A DNA stretch of 64,000 nucleotides from Bacteroidota bacterium (GCA_030706145.1 JAUZPB010000006.1:5135-69134), one strand, 5' to 3'; positions 17,875-28,954 are shown, counted from the first letter of the stretch. Notes: a model not told the origin generated them from the letters alone. Program-made: numbers and translations.

Positions 17875-17948
17875 TACCCCCGAGAGGATTCGAACCTCCG
17901 ACCTGCGGTTTAGGAAACCGTCGCTCTATCCTGCTGAGCTACGGGGGC
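17875..17948 (-). tRNA. tRNA-Arg (anticodon CCT)
   Basis: GCCCCCGTAGCTCAGCAGGATAGAGCGACGGTTTCCTAAACCGCAGGTCGGAGGTTCGAATCCTCTCGGGGGTA folds as a cloverleaf. CCA is not encoded. Confidence 0.95.
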
Positions 17949-18047
17949 ATCTACAGAATTGTTTTATTCTTAGACCAATAAGATAACCAAAATTCGGCAA
18001 AAATGAAATAAAAAGATATGCCTTTGATAATTGAATCACCTTATTTC

Positions 18048-19217
18048 TTACTTCAATATTACAAGCTTCTTTGACTCCCTGAAGCTTCCGGCTTCAATTC
18101 TGTATATGTATACTCCTGCAGGCAGTGTGTTGGCCCTTAACCTGTATGAGTAGCTCCCTGGTTCCTTAAATTCATTAACAAGTGTCATAACCTCTTTACC
18201 AAGCATGTCAAAAAGCTTTAGCCTTACCTGCGCGCTTTGTTCAACTGAATACTCAATTGTTGTCTCTGGATTAAATGGGTTTGGGTAGTTCTGCTTTAAT
18301 CTGTAGCTTGCTGGCACCTTAAAGGTCTCAAGCCCTGTGATTGAAAGGGGAAATACATCTGTAATTGTAAAGTCTACCCAAAATAGTCCCGAAGTATTTG
18401 GAATTGCATTTCTTATGGCATCACCAAGAGCTTTTGGTGGATTTGTATACTTGCTCCACCACGGCTTATCATCCGGGTAGCCAAACTGGTATTCAACCCG
18501 GTTTGATGAGAACTTATTACCCCATTTTTTGAAGTAATAGAGCATTTCACTTAGATCTGTAAACTGCTGACTGTCATCAACAAATATTATGTCACCCCTG
18601 TAGCTTGGCGGCATGTGACTTTCGGTAAAGTGCTTCAGAAAGAGGGAATACTTAGGATTTATTGCCTTAACTGTCTTTTCCCATGATTCTGCTGCCGAAT
18701 CACTTACTTGAATTCCATAGTTGTTGTTTGGGTATATGCCATTGTTAAAATACCACTCGGCGTCCATTCCAAAGCCTGTCACGCATTTGTGGCCTTTATA
18801 ACGGTTAAGTACCAGCTTTATCAAAGAGTTCATATCTGCTTTTCCAGACTCAACCTGCAGCCATACTTTTATTCCTGCACTGTCAAACTTCGAAAGATAT
18901 TCTTCAGCTTTGTCAGTCCCGGCAAAACTTACATTTGGATAGTCATTTCCATCCGATGGAAATACCATCTGTGTTGATCCGTCATCCTGAAAAAAACTGA
19001 CAATCCAGACTGCAGCAGGAGAGTAATTCTCAAAGTTTTTGCTCATTGCTTTTCCTACAGCCTGCCAGTAGTCAGTCTTGTATTTATAAATATGGGAGCC
19101 TCTGAAACCAGCAACTTTTAAAGTTGAATCTGCTTGTGCAAATACTGAATTGCTGCTATATATAAGTCCTGCAAGAATTATGGTCAAAACAATTGGCTTA
19201 AAGAACTGAACTCTCAT
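18048..19217 (-). CDS. Secreted protein (possible TIM-barrel glycosidase-like domain) with T9SS C-terminal sorting domain
   Basis: Signal peptide, GFGMDAEWY and LKQNYPNPFNP...AGVYIYRI...KKLVILK. Confidence 0.8.
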   Translation of the reverse strand: MRVQFFKPIVLTIILAGLIYSSNSVFAQADSTLKVAGFRGSHIYKYKTDYWQAVGKAMSKNFENYSPAAVWIVSFFQDDGSTQMVFPSDGNDYPNVSFAGTDKAEEYLSKFDSAGIKVWLQVESGKADMNSLIKLVLNRYKGHKCVTGFGMDAEWYFNNGIYPNNNYGIQVSDSAAESWEKTVKAINPKYSLFLKHFTESHMPPSYRGDIIFVDDSQQFTDLSEMLYYFKKWGNKFSSNRVEYQFGYPDDKPWWSKYTNPPKALGDAIRNAIPNTSGLFWVDFTITDVFPLSITGLETFKVPASYRLKQNYPNPFNPETTIEYSVEQSAQVRLKLFDMLGKEVMTLVNEFKEPGSYSYRLRANTLPAGVYIYRIEAGSFRESKKLVILK

Positions 19218-19425
19218 AAGGTCTTCCTCTTTTTCTGATGGGATTATACTGAAAAATAGTTCTGGAAAATTCTATATGCCTATATAAAGAATAATTTGGT
19301 CCTAATATTCAGAAAAATTGGCTAAAATATTTTGTTGACTTTTATAAGAATTCGACATAATCATCTCTAATTTAAATTGCTTTTACTCCCCCTTATTTAT
19401 AATTTTGTATAATGAATTTCACTAA

Positions 19426-20739
<1,314 letters not shown>

Positions 20740-20772
20740 TAATTCTTTTGAAAGAATAACTAACTTAGATAT

Positions 20773-20807
20773 AAAGCGCCTGTCAAGTTTTCGTCAGGCG
20801 CTTTTTT
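20773..20807 (+). terminator. Intrinsic terminator after eno
   Basis: AAAGCGCCTG...CAGGCGCTTTTTT. Confidence 0.85.
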
Positions 20808-20845
20808 GTCTGAACAAATAATAAATCCTGCCTTAGAGGTATTTT

Positions 20846-22228
20846 ATGCCAACAAGTGTTCTTCAAGAATGTAATGACCTGATCAACAAAAATAATATTG
20901 AGGTTATCGATCTTAAGTGCATAGACCTTTCCGGCCGTTTGCACCACATCTCTCTTCCGGTCTATCCTAATTTGCTCCAGAAACTATTGAATGAAGGCGT
21001 CGGCTTTGACGGCTCCAGCTATGGCTTCAGTAAGGTCGAAAATAGCGATATGATACTTATCCCTGACCTTGAAACTGCTGTTATCGACCCCTTTAGAGAT
21101 GCCCCGACTCTCAGCTTCTATTCGCATATTGTACTAACAGATGAAAATAAAACTCCTTTTTCTCAGGACGGCAGATATCTGGCCAAGAAGGCAGAGCTGC
21201 TCCTTAAGGATGTAACAGGCGCCGATAAATCACTGTGGGGTCCTGAATTTGAATTCTATATCTTTTCAAAAGTTGAATACGATACAAGAACTGCCTCTTC
21301 ATACTACAGGGTCGAACACGCAGAGGAGTTCTATAAGAAAGCATACCATGCTGCAAATCCTTTTGATGTCTATGATGATTTCCGCGATGAGGCTTCTAAA
21401 CTGCTTCAGAAGTTCGGAATCAAGGTCAAATATCACCACCACGAGGCAGGTGAAAGAGGCCAGCAGGAAATTGAAACATATTTTTCTGACCTGCTTTCAA
21501 CTTCCGATAATATCGTGACGTGCAAATATGTCCTTTTCAACCTGGCCAGACAGAAGGATCTTTTTATAACATTTATGCCCAAGCCAATGTATCAGCAGGC
21601 TGGCAATGGTATGCACCTGCACCTTTTCCTTACAAAAGAAGGTGAAAATGCTTTCTATAAAAAAGGCGAATATGGAAACATCAATGAGCTTGGAAGATTT
21701 TTTATCGGCGGTATGCTAAAGCACGGCCCGGCTCTCTCGGCTTTTACTAATCCAAGCACAAATTCTTATAAAAGACTTGTTCCAGGATTTGAGGCTCCTG
21801 TGGCAATGACATACGGGCAGGGCAACAGGGCCTCGGCTATAAGAATACCTAAATATGTTACTAACCCACAGGAGGTCAGGTTCGAATACCGCCCGCCTGA
21901 TGCAACGGCTAATCCTTATCTCTGCCTTTCAGCTATGCTTCTTGCTGGAATTGACGGAGTTGTAAATAAGATCGATCCTGTAAAGGAAGGATATGGCCCG
22001 TTTGACAAAAATATTAATGATGAATCCTTTAAAGATCAGATCCATTTCCTCCCTAGAAATCTTTCTGAAGCTCTGGATGCTCTTCAGGTTGATAACGATT
22101 TCTTAAGAATGGGTGGAATCTTTACAGATGATCTGCTTGACCAGTGGGTGAAACTAAAACAGGAAGAAATTAAATCGATTGGCACAATGCCGCATCCTTT
22201 CGAGTATAAAATGTATTTTAACCTGTAA
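20846..22228 (+). CDS. glnA: Type I glutamine synthetase
   Basis: FDGSS, GPEFEF, TFMPKP, GNGMH.H, NSYKRLVPGFEAP and RFEYRPPD. Confidence 0.95.
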   Translation: MPTSVLQECNDLINKNNIEVIDLKCIDLSGRLHHISLPVYPNLLQKLLNEGVGFDGSSYGFSKVENSDMILIPDLETAVIDPFRDAPTLSFYSHIVLTDENKTPFSQDGRYLAKKAELLLKDVTGADKSLWGPEFEFYIFSKVEYDTRTASSYYRVEHAEEFYKKAYHAANPFDVYDDFRDEASKLLQKFGIKVKYHHHEAGERGQQEIETYFSDLLSTSDNIVTCKYVLFNLARQKDLFITFMPKPMYQQAGNGMHLHLFLTKEGENAFYKKGEYGNINELGRFFIGGMLKHGPALSAFTNPSTNSYKRLVPGFEAPVAMTYGQGNRASAIRIPKYVTNPQEVRFEYRPPDATANPYLCLSAMLLAGIDGVVNKIDPVKEGYGPFDKNINDESFKDQIHFLPRNLSEALDALQVDNDFLRMGGIFTDDLLDQWVKLKQEEIKSIGTMPHPFEYKMYFNL

Positions 22229-22251
22229 ACTTCTTAAATTTGAAAAGGCCC

Positions 22252-22282
22252 CCTCTCCTGCACTGAAAAAGGACAGGAGAGG
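22252..22282. terminator. Hairpin between convergent glnA and the small ORF
   Basis: CCTCTCCTG...CAGGAGAGG stem. Confidence 0.5.
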
Positions 22283-22330
22283 ATTGCCCTCTGTGTCTTT
22301 TTATTTTTATACCCATCCATAATTTCTTTT

Positions 22331-22531
22331 TTAGCCATCATGTGCACGCATCATATCCTGTATCCATTCCAACTGCTCTTCCGCCGTAATTTCTATTACT
22401 TGCCAGTGGAAATCACAGCTACCTCCAAGATAATCTTTAACAATGCTGTTAATCTTCTCTGTGTCTGTAATATCAATATCAGGGATATCAATTATCTCAT
22501 CAACCTTTTCGGAGATTATTCTTATTTTCAT
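22331..22531 (-). CDS. Small acidic hypothetical protein (66 aa)
   Basis: ATG with a G-rich RBS (CGGGGGAC). Protein-like composition. Confidence 0.55.
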   Translation of the reverse strand: MKIRIISEKVDEIIDIPDIDITDTEKINSIVKDYLGGSCDFHWQVIEITAEEQLEWIQDMMRAHDG

Positions 22532-22717
22532 AAGTCCCCCGTGTCTTGTTTATAAATAATAAAGTAATCTTTCCCCGCTTATTCTGCAAAATTATTTTGT
22601 GCTAAAAAAGTACTAAAATGATGGGGATTATTTTTTGCCCTAAAATGCTGCTGAACTTTTTGACAATTCAGGAGTCATAACTAATAAAGACTCCCAAATG
22701 CGTTCGCGTTGATCTCC

Positions 22718-22751
22718 AACAAAGGCCTGCAGTGATGCAGGCCTTTGTTTT
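22718..22751 (+). terminator. Orphan terminator-like hairpin between divergent genes
   Basis: Perfect 14-bp stem AACAAAGGCCTGCA-GTGA-TGCAGGCCTTTGTT followed by T residues. Confidence 0.7.
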
Positions 22752-23051
22752 AACTAATCTGTGACCGAAGATTACTTAAAATGACCACTTACAGTAAAAA
22801 ATGCCCGCTAAAACAAATTCTCCGCCAACTCTTTTCTATTGGTTTATCTTTCTATTTTGATAGGATTCTCTAAAAAAACAAGGACTGCGATTAAATATAA
22901 ATTCGAAAGTACGGAATCTTCTTTTTATTGACTTACAGATTGATGCTTCACCTAAAAAATGCTTCTTTTTCTAAAAGGTTCTCTTACCGCAATACGTTAA
23001 AGAAAATGAGAATAAATATTAAACCTGATAATAAACAATAAGTAAGGTATT

Positions 23052-24386
23052 ATGATGCATAAATTCACTAAATGGAAATATGCCGGCAATTCTGTAAAAA
23101 AAAATATCGAAGATAATAATGAAATTCTGAATGATCCTGAAGAACTGGGAAAACGAATCGATGAGCTGAAAGAAGAATTAAAAGTGCCGACCCCTGGTTT
23201 CCTTCATCTCTCCAAAGGTGCCTTGTTAGTCAACCTTCTGGTGATTGTTATATCATTAATAATGGATCTGTGTTTTCATAACCTCCTTTCTTTTAGTCCA
23301 ATTAATGAATCTATTGACAGATCAGGCTCACCTTCAAAGGTTGCAGCCCCTGAATTCTTTATTCCTGAGGATCTGCATAAAAATAATAAAATAGTATATA
23401 ACAAGACCTTAGATAGACTGGAACTTAATGAGCGCCTGCAAAATAGCGAAAAGGATCTGCTCGTTAAACTTAATCAGCCCTATCAAAAAGAAATTGAGAA
23501 ACTCTGGAGCCGCTCCCACCCATTTGGCGATATCGATTTTAATCCTGCCAACGGGATTCTGATACCAATTCCTATCTTAGCCTATCTGATCTTTCTTGCT
23601 GTTGCCTTCAGGTGCTATCTGGTTATGGAAAATGAGTACAGACTTAACCGCATACCTGATCCGGATGCACTCGAGGAAATTGAAGGCTCATATAATAACT
23701 TGATAGATATAATAGGCTTTGGAACTCCTCTTCTGGGAGCGGCGATTCTTCTTTTAAGCGTGCTTGTTGGATCCTGGCTATTTGTTAACTTCTCTGTTCC
23801 TTTCGAAATAAAAGCTATTATGGTACTTGTACTTTCAAAATCTTTTACAATGGTTACAGATAAAGTAACAGATGAATATAGAACCAGGATTTATAAAAAG
23901 ATAAAAATAAAAGAACTTGAAGACGCACTGAAAGAACTTAGGGAAAATCTTCACAAAAATATTGCAGTTGAACGTGAAAAAGAAATTATTAAAAGGGAGC
24001 AGGAAAGACGTGCTTTCGAAGAAGAACAGATGATGCTTTTAAGAACTGCCATGCTTGCAAATCTTAATTATGACCCTGCAATACTGGATAGTTTTGAAAG
24101 AGCTATTAAAAACAACGCCCTCTTTACTGATCAGATATCCTCTAACCTAAAACAAATTGCTGAGATTAGCAGCCATCTGGAAAAAGCAGGTAAAATAACT
24201 CAGAATTTTTTGCTGGATCTAAGACCTTTTTATGAACTGACTAATACTCTTATTAGCGGATTAAAAGATCAGGAAGTACAAAAATCATTACAGAGACTTA
24301 CTAGCTTTGCTAAATCACTTTCACCCGAGATGACAAAAAGAAAAACAAATCAATTTGTCGGCGATTCAATGTTCTCTGGAGAGTAG
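23052..24386 (+). CDS. Multi-TM membrane protein with MotA/ExbB-like TM motif and long coiled-coil tail
   Basis: About 4 TMs, GFGTPLLGAAILL, PFEIKA and a C-terminal heptad-rich tail. Confidence 0.7.
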   Translation: MMHKFTKWKYAGNSVKKNIEDNNEILNDPEELGKRIDELKEELKVPTPGFLHLSKGALLVNLLVIVISLIMDLCFHNLLSFSPINESIDRSGSPSKVAAPEFFIPEDLHKNNKIVYNKTLDRLELNERLQNSEKDLLVKLNQPYQKEIEKLWSRSHPFGDIDFNPANGILIPIPILAYLIFLAVAFRCYLVMENEYRLNRIPDPDALEEIEGSYNNLIDIIGFGTPLLGAAILLLSVLVGSWLFVNFSVPFEIKAIMVLVLSKSFTMVTDKVTDEYRTRIYKKIKIKELEDALKELRENLHKNIAVEREKEIIKREQERRAFEEEQMMLLRTAMLANLNYDPAILDSFERAIKNNALFTDQISSNLKQIAEISSHLEKAGKITQNFLLDLRPFYELTNTLISGLKDQEVQKSLQRLTSFAKSLSPEMTKRKTNQFVGDSMFSGE

Positions 24387-25409
24387 ATGACTAAGAAATT
24401 AGAAAAAGATACAAAATTTATTCTCTACCAGGTCCTCTACATTATCATTATATCAGTAATGGTATATAAAGGTGCAGAATTGAACCTGAGAAAAGTTACT
24501 GAATCAGATGCCTCCGAGATTGTTCCACGCTCTGATGTTGAAAAAGTTATTCTTGAAAGGGATAGGATAAAGGATTCAATTAAAGTACTTATTGAAAAGG
24601 CAATTTTTCTTGCAAGCGATGAACAGGTCGCAAAGATAGCCGATATATTAAAAATTCAACAGATACCTGTACTTAAAAAAGAACTGCTGGATAAGGAAAC
24701 TGAACTTGCAGCAATCAGACAAAAAATCACATTAAATGCAGGCGCTATTGAGGGTCCGGCTAAAAGCTCATTTAATCCTTTTCGCTCTAAACTCTTCTTC
24801 GAAAATATGCTGATCTATCAGATGGCAAAAAATAATATCAAAAATCCATCTGATAGCATTTCTATAAAACTTGTCGATTTTGACAACCCATCTAAAGTAA
24901 TATCTGAGATCCCGCCAAATGCAGAGACTGAAATTATGATTCATCATGAATCTAAAATACTGGCCACCTATTTGGGTTACAAAGATACAATAACTACTAT
25001 GCCTCTGCCTTCAATCGATGGAAAACAAACCTTTGTTCTTGATACAAGAACTCTTATTCAAACTATAGGTAAGAAAAGCATAATGGAGTTTAGATACACT
25101 TATCCAAAGGTTAAGCAGCTCAAATTCAAAGTTTGGACAGATCCAAAGTATCAGGATAAATGGGATTATGTGGCCGATACTGCGATTTTTTCAGGAGTAA
25201 ATGAAGTAACTCTGAAGATCTCACTAAAAGAAGGATTATTGAACTCTGAAAACGGATTCAAATATTTTAGCCAGAAATTTGAAGAGGACTATTTTAGCGA
25301 TGAGAAGAACCGCTATTTTATTAATGTCCATATTGGATGTGAAGATGTTATCTCTGGTCAAGAAGCCAAATCCTTCAGTGTTCCTTTTTATTTTAAATCT
25401 TTTAATTAG
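24387..25409 (+). CDS. Single-pass membrane protein with large extracytoplasmic domain (GldM-like topology)
   Basis: N-terminal TM FILYQVLYIIIISVMVY. Abuts the upstream stop codon. Confidence 0.7.
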   Translation: MTKKLEKDTKFILYQVLYIIIISVMVYKGAELNLRKVTESDASEIVPRSDVEKVILERDRIKDSIKVLIEKAIFLASDEQVAKIADILKIQQIPVLKKELLDKETELAAIRQKITLNAGAIEGPAKSSFNPFRSKLFFENMLIYQMAKNNIKNPSDSISIKLVDFDNPSKVISEIPPNAETEIMIHHESKILATYLGYKDTITTMPLPSIDGKQTFVLDTRTLIQTIGKKSIMEFRYTYPKVKQLKFKVWTDPKYQDKWDYVADTAIFSGVNEVTLKISLKEGLLNSENGFKYFSQKFEEDYFSDEKNRYFINVHIGCEDVISGQEAKSFSVPFYFKSFN

Positions 25410-25421
25410 ACAGAGGACAAA

Positions 25422-26582
25422 ATGAAATTCACGATTATCTTTCTGCTTGCATTCATCTTATGCCCCTATTTATTTGCGCAGGAACTGGAGCAGTCAAAAT
25501 GGTATTCTATTAACCTGGGATATGTCGACAATGACTCCTGTATCTATAAATTGCAGAACGAGGCAGGAATAATTCCGGTTGACCCAAAGGCTTATGTTGA
25601 AATTGATGTCAGGGATCAATCCAAGGAAATTGTAAGAATTCTAGGAAGAACTTATCCTCTTGTAAGTTTCTCCCCAAAACTGCAGACCTCTATTCGCAAG
25701 CTGCCCGAATATGCAAAACAACCCCTGGATTTTTATGTTACTTATACTTCTATTTTTACTAACGTAATAAAAAAGATAAAATTGAGAGATGTTATTAGCG
25801 AACCTAAAAATGACCAGAATACTCAGTTCCCGCTCAGGAATTTTGTTAATTCTTACTTTACACTTTTTGGCGGAGAAAGACTTGGAATTCCTTTGCAGAT
25901 TGAAAATGGTATCGGAATTTCTTTTGGAATAGGTTCTCCTTATTCCGGAGCTCTGGAGACTAATCACTACGAGGTGAATTTTCATGTCCTTGGCGGATCA
26001 GTAGGACTTTTTAATTCTTTCGGCGATATTACAGATTTTACAAAAAGTAACAACCATAATAATATATATACTACGCTTGGTTTTCAGGCAAACTATATTT
26101 TCCCTCTATCAAATATTCTGGAATTCCAATATCAGAGAGTCATAAATGAATTATCCCAGTCATATAAAAATTCTATAATCGAAAAAACGGTTATGGTAAA
26201 TTCCGATGGCAGTAAATTTCAGCCAAAGTTTATTACAGGTGAATATGTAAACTTTGAAATCCGCTATCCCATTCAGCTCTTTAATTCGCAAAGGGGTAAG
26301 GTATATATTGCTAGATATCAAAGGGAGATGTTTCTGGGTTTCAAGTTCTACGAGATGACCCTTGCAAATAACATTTTCGATTTCAGAGTAGACTATATGT
26401 TTAGCAGCACCGAACGTAATACGCAGATAAACACTGATCTTCTGGTCTCTAAGATTTTTTCCGGATTTGGAAGCAGAAATTTCGCATTCGGCCCTTCATT
26501 AAGTTTTTCAAAGATAAAGGATAATAGGTTCGGTTTGCTTAAAGCATTTTTAAACTTAAGGGTTAAACTTTCAGATATCTGA
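25422..26582 (+). CDS. Secreted / outer-membrane beta-rich protein
   Basis: Signal peptide (LFA|QE) and alternating amphipathic beta-strands in the C-terminal half. Confidence 0.65.
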   Translation: MKFTIIFLLAFILCPYLFAQELEQSKWYSINLGYVDNDSCIYKLQNEAGIIPVDPKAYVEIDVRDQSKEIVRILGRTYPLVSFSPKLQTSIRKLPEYAKQPLDFYVTYTSIFTNVIKKIKLRDVISEPKNDQNTQFPLRNFVNSYFTLFGGERLGIPLQIENGIGISFGIGSPYSGALETNHYEVNFHVLGGSVGLFNSFGDITDFTKSNNHNNIYTTLGFQANYIFPLSNILEFQYQRVINELSQSYKNSIIEKTVMVNSDGSKFQPKFITGEYVNFEIRYPIQLFNSQRGKVYIARYQREMFLGFKFYEMTLANNIFDFRVDYMFSSTERNTQINTDLLVSKIFSGFGSRNFAFGPSLSFSKIKDNRFGLLKAFLNLRVKLSDI

Positions 26583-26708
26583 TTTGTCTTTAGCCCTTTA
26601 TGCTAATTTGAACTAATTAGAAAAAAGCGTATTTTTCACCTTCGCTTCGTAAACTATTTGTTTTTAAGAAGATACCTACTAAAAGTTCGGGAAAAAATAA
26701 GGAAACCA

Positions 26709-27599
26709 ATGGCCTATTCAGGTGAATTAAGTGCTTTAGTGACTGCTATATTATGGTCTTTTACTTCATTGTGTTTTTCAGAAGCTTCTGTAAGGGTGGG
26801 GTCCCTTCAGGTAAATGTAACACGACTCTTGATAGCTGCCTTATTTTTAATCTTAACTATCCTTTTAATGGGATTTCCTGTTAACCTTTCTTCTTCACAG
26901 CTTATTAATCTGTCGCTTTCAGGACTTATTGGACTTATCTTCGGAGATACATTTTTATTCCGCGCTTATCAGAATATTGGTGCAAGGCTGAGCCAGCTTT
27001 TAATGGCCGCTGCTCCTGCTATGACTGCCATTTTGGCTTTCTTCTGGCTAGGCGAGGTCTTCTCCATCTGGGGAATTATTGGTATGATTGTAACTCTTGT
27101 TGGCATTGCAATGGTTGTTATGGAGAAAAACGAAGTCCCTTCTTCAAAATACAAGATAAGTAAAAGCGGAATCTTTTATGGATTCCTTGGCGCTTTAGGA
27201 CAAGCTGCAGGTCTTATTTTTGCAAAAAAGGCATTTGCAGAAGGTGATATAAACGGGTTTGTCGCTACATTTATTAGAATATTTGCTTCTATTATTGTAA
27301 TACTTCCTGCTGGAATTATTATTAAACGCTACAAAAATCCTTTCCGCATTTTTTCGAAAGATAAAAAGGCTCTGGGCTTTACTACCGCTGGATCAATACT
27401 CGGCCCTTACCTTGGAATTACTTTCAGCCTTATTGCTGTTGCAAATACAAAGGTTGGAATAGCAGCTACTATTATGGCTACTTCTCCTATTATTATGCTT
27501 CCTATGATAAAGTATTTCTATAAGGAAAAACTTTCCTGGAGATCTATTACAGGGGCATTTGTTGCAGTTGCGGGCGTTGCAATTCTTTTCTTGCGCTAG
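26709..27599 (+). CDS. EamA/DMT family transporter
   Basis: Two EamA repeats, about 10 TMs, ending ...KEKLSWRSITGA. Confidence 0.92.
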   Translation: MAYSGELSALVTAILWSFTSLCFSEASVRVGSLQVNVTRLLIAALFLILTILLMGFPVNLSSSQLINLSLSGLIGLIFGDTFLFRAYQNIGARLSQLLMAAAPAMTAILAFFWLGEVFSIWGIIGMIVTLVGIAMVVMEKNEVPSSKYKISKSGIFYGFLGALGQAAGLIFAKKAFAEGDINGFVATFIRIFASIIVILPAGIIIKRYKNPFRIFSKDKKALGFTTAGSILGPYLGITFSLIAVANTKVGIAATIMATSPIIMLPMIKYFYKEKLSWRSITGAFVAVAGVAILFLR

Positions 27600-27658
27600 T
27601 TAATCACGTTAGTTAATCAAATGCCTCTGTAAAATTTGTCACCTGAATATTCTTATTT

Positions 27659-28954
27659 TTATTGGACTAATGCAGCATCGCTGTAATTAATCCTGAACTT
27701 CTTTAGGTCAGCTAAGTGCTTTCTTGGCCTGCTTAGTTCGTAGTTATAAATAACTTTCCCCAGGTTTGCAAGGAAAGGATAACCTATCTTATCATATTCA
27801 TACTTGTCATCATTAAATATCTGATCTTCATTTACGTAAATTACGGCAGTTAGCATAAACTCTATGTTTTTGTCCAGATCTACTACATAAGCATTATCTA
27901 TCATAAAACCGTAGGCAAGACCTATCTTGTTGAATATTCTGATGTTTCTTGGAATTGTGTCTTTGCTGTCTCCAAACATTAAGAACTTGCAGTAACTATC
28001 ATATTCTTCCTTTGGATCATAATGCGGATACTGGCTTTCTCTTGGGAGCATCGACATATAGCGATATAGAAATTCGTAATCATCTTTTCTAAGATTGAAT
28101 CTTTGCGCCTTTGGAACATATTCCGGAAAGATAATAGATTTTAATATACCCTGAAGTGACTCAACTGAAATATAGTTGCTCTTGTTGAAATTCTTGGGCT
28201 CTTTTATAAGGCTGTCACCTGAATAGTAGCCAATCCCTTTTATAGCAGATGGAAGATCGTTTTTATATTCCTCAGTGTTGACCTGTTCAGGCTGAGAATA
28301 AATTGTCTTTCCATCTTTATTATAAAATGTAATTGGGTTAGTGTGACGGTTCTCTTCCTGGCTTAATGCAATGGAAACTCTATGAAACAGTCTTAAATCC
28401 TTAAAACCTCTTCTCCATAACTGCTCGTTTAAGTATTTCTGTCCAAGAAACTCATATGTCCTGTTAAAAGCGTCGTTATCGCTTACAAGAAATATCTTCC
28501 TTATATACTGAGCTATCGAGGGAAGGCCATTCTGAGATGACTTGTCACTGTCGACTTTTGTCTGTCCTGAAAATGAACTGTCAATTCGTAAAGAAGTGTA
28601 TTTGTTGAGTCCTTTAATGTGCAGCTCGTTTAATTTCTGGAGTGAAAGCACAGCTCCTGCAATTTTTACAGAGCTTGCCGGATAAAAGTATTTCTTAGGG
28701 TCAACATGGTACTTATATGAAGTAAATGATGGCCTGTTGTGCTTATCCCTGTTTATCTGAGTATATAATATCTGAATTTCATATTTGTCCGGATTTGCTG
28801 CTACTTCAGGAAACTTATCTTTGTTATTCCTTATTAAATTGTCCAGAAAGTTATCACTTCCTGAAGCATTTCTACCGTCCTGTGCAGCTATACTTATTGT
28901 TAGCAATAATAAAAATAAAAAAGCTAAAGCTAAATGATGTGTCCGCTTTTCCAT
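27659..28954 (-). CDS. Secreted serine hydrolase, class A beta-lactamase-related fold
   Basis: PASSVK (SxxK), SDN and NKIG motifs plus a signal peptide. Confidence 0.85.
   Translation of the reverse strand: MEKRTHHLALAFLFLLLLTISIAAQDGRNASGSDNFLDNLIRNNKDKFPEVAANPDKYEIQILYTQINRDKHNRPSFTSYKYHVDPKKYFYPASSVKIAGAVLSLQKLNELHIKGLNKYTSLRIDSSFSGQTKVDSDKSSQNGLPSIAQYIRKIFLVSDNDAFNRTYEFLGQKYLNEQLWRRGFKDLRLFHRVSIALSQEENRHTNPITFYNKDGKTIYSQPEQVNTEEYKNDLPSAIKGIGYYSGDSLIKEPKNFNKSNYISVESLQGILKSIIFPEYVPKAQRFNLRKDDYEFLYRYMSMLPRESQYPHYDPKEEYDSYCKFLMFGDSKDTIPRNIRIFNKIGLAYGFMIDNAYVVDLDKNIEFMLTAVIYVNEDQIFNDDKYEYDKIGYPFLANLGKVIYNYELSRPRKHLADLKKFRINYSDAALVQ

Noticed and set aside
23052-25409. Zorya ZorA/ZorB
   Set aside because: The second protein lacks the TM Asp and OmpA-like domain, and there are no zorC/D/E-like genes.
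27659-28954. Antibiotic-resistance beta-lactamase
   Set aside because: It is a large divergent protein with KIG instead of KTG. Only the fold can be supported.
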